Below are positions 63,706 through 64,000 of a stretch of DNA of 64,000 nucleotides, piece after piece; within the stretch, counting starts at the first letter, position 1; each line of letters opens with the position of its first letter. The notes below the pieces were generated by a model. It saw only the letters and a program-made list of their open reading frames with translations, was not told the DNA's origin and searched no databases. The position numbers were made by a program, and so were the translations under genes. Where the stretch lies: assembly GCF_002113885.1 (NCBI RefSeq), contig NW_018408623.1, forward strand, positions 369,333 to 433,332. Reading direction: 5' to 3'. Origin of the DNA: Mizuhopecten yessoensis (Eukaryota).

Positions 63706-63754
63706 ATTATTCCCCATTGTAAATCTTGTGATAGTTGATATGGAAAAGAAACAG
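63706..63754 (+). CDS. receptor B exon 5 with in-frame TGA (IIPHCKSCDS*YGKET)
   Basis: tttacag|ATT ... ACA G|gttggt; 49 nt as in copy A. Confidence 0.65.
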
Positions 63755-64000
63755 GTTGGTATACAATGCAATACGCCTAAATTGTAATTAGAAATTATTG
63801 AGAAGGAATTATTTACAAACATATACGTTTCAAAATGGAAAAATAATCCTTTTATACCAATCAGCGATATATTACTATTCAACATGCTTTCAAAAATTTT
63901 AAAATAATGGCTAGCAATTCGTTCCAAGATATATCGTCCTAACACTCACTTAGTGTAAGGAGCGACAACTCTGATTAGAGAATAGATGGCCATAACAATG

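Larger units (their letters stand above)
51561..63754 (+). pseudogene. receptor paralogue B: exons 1-5 with premature TGA (130-aa secreted product or pseudogene)
   Basis: join(51561-51574,59972-60039,61840-62069,62458-62505,63706-63754); splice sites and exon lengths preserved; TGA at 63736-63738. Confidence 0.7.
50972..64000 (+). repeat. tandem segmental duplication, copy B (runs off the window)
   Basis: Window end ggccataacaatg corresponds to 47931-47943 of copy A. Confidence 0.92.

Overview
AT-rich, intron-rich animal genomic DNA; the repeat families suggest a bivalve mollusc (inference). (1) 3639-32824 (+): a complete 18-coding-exon SLC26 anion transporter (prestin/pendrin type, 821 aa by manual splicing) with sulfate-permease and STAS domains, ending in a class I PDZ ligand (-TTQV). 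(2) ~35240-64000: a ~15.7-16 kb tandem segmental duplication. Copy A holds an intact 8-exon gene (36022-49866, 449 aa by manual splicing): signal peptide, one short Cys-rich FN3-like ectodomain, a TM helix and a divergent SEFIR/TIR-like tail, i.e. a minimal IL-17-receptor-like protein. Copy B (51561 to window end) differs mostly at non-synonymous sites and has an in-frame TGA at a Cys codon one exon before the TM exon (soluble decoy or pseudogene). (3) Several intronic minisatellites in both genes are amplified copies of their own exon/intron junctions (decoy splice donors and acceptors), and one 44-bp array carries 51 ACTAAC motifs. Also present: SINEs, MITEs, Penelope-like RT relics and a GC-rich three-way-junction/kissing-loop RNA candidate in SLC26 intron 9. 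All gene models were built by eye, without transcript or database evidence.
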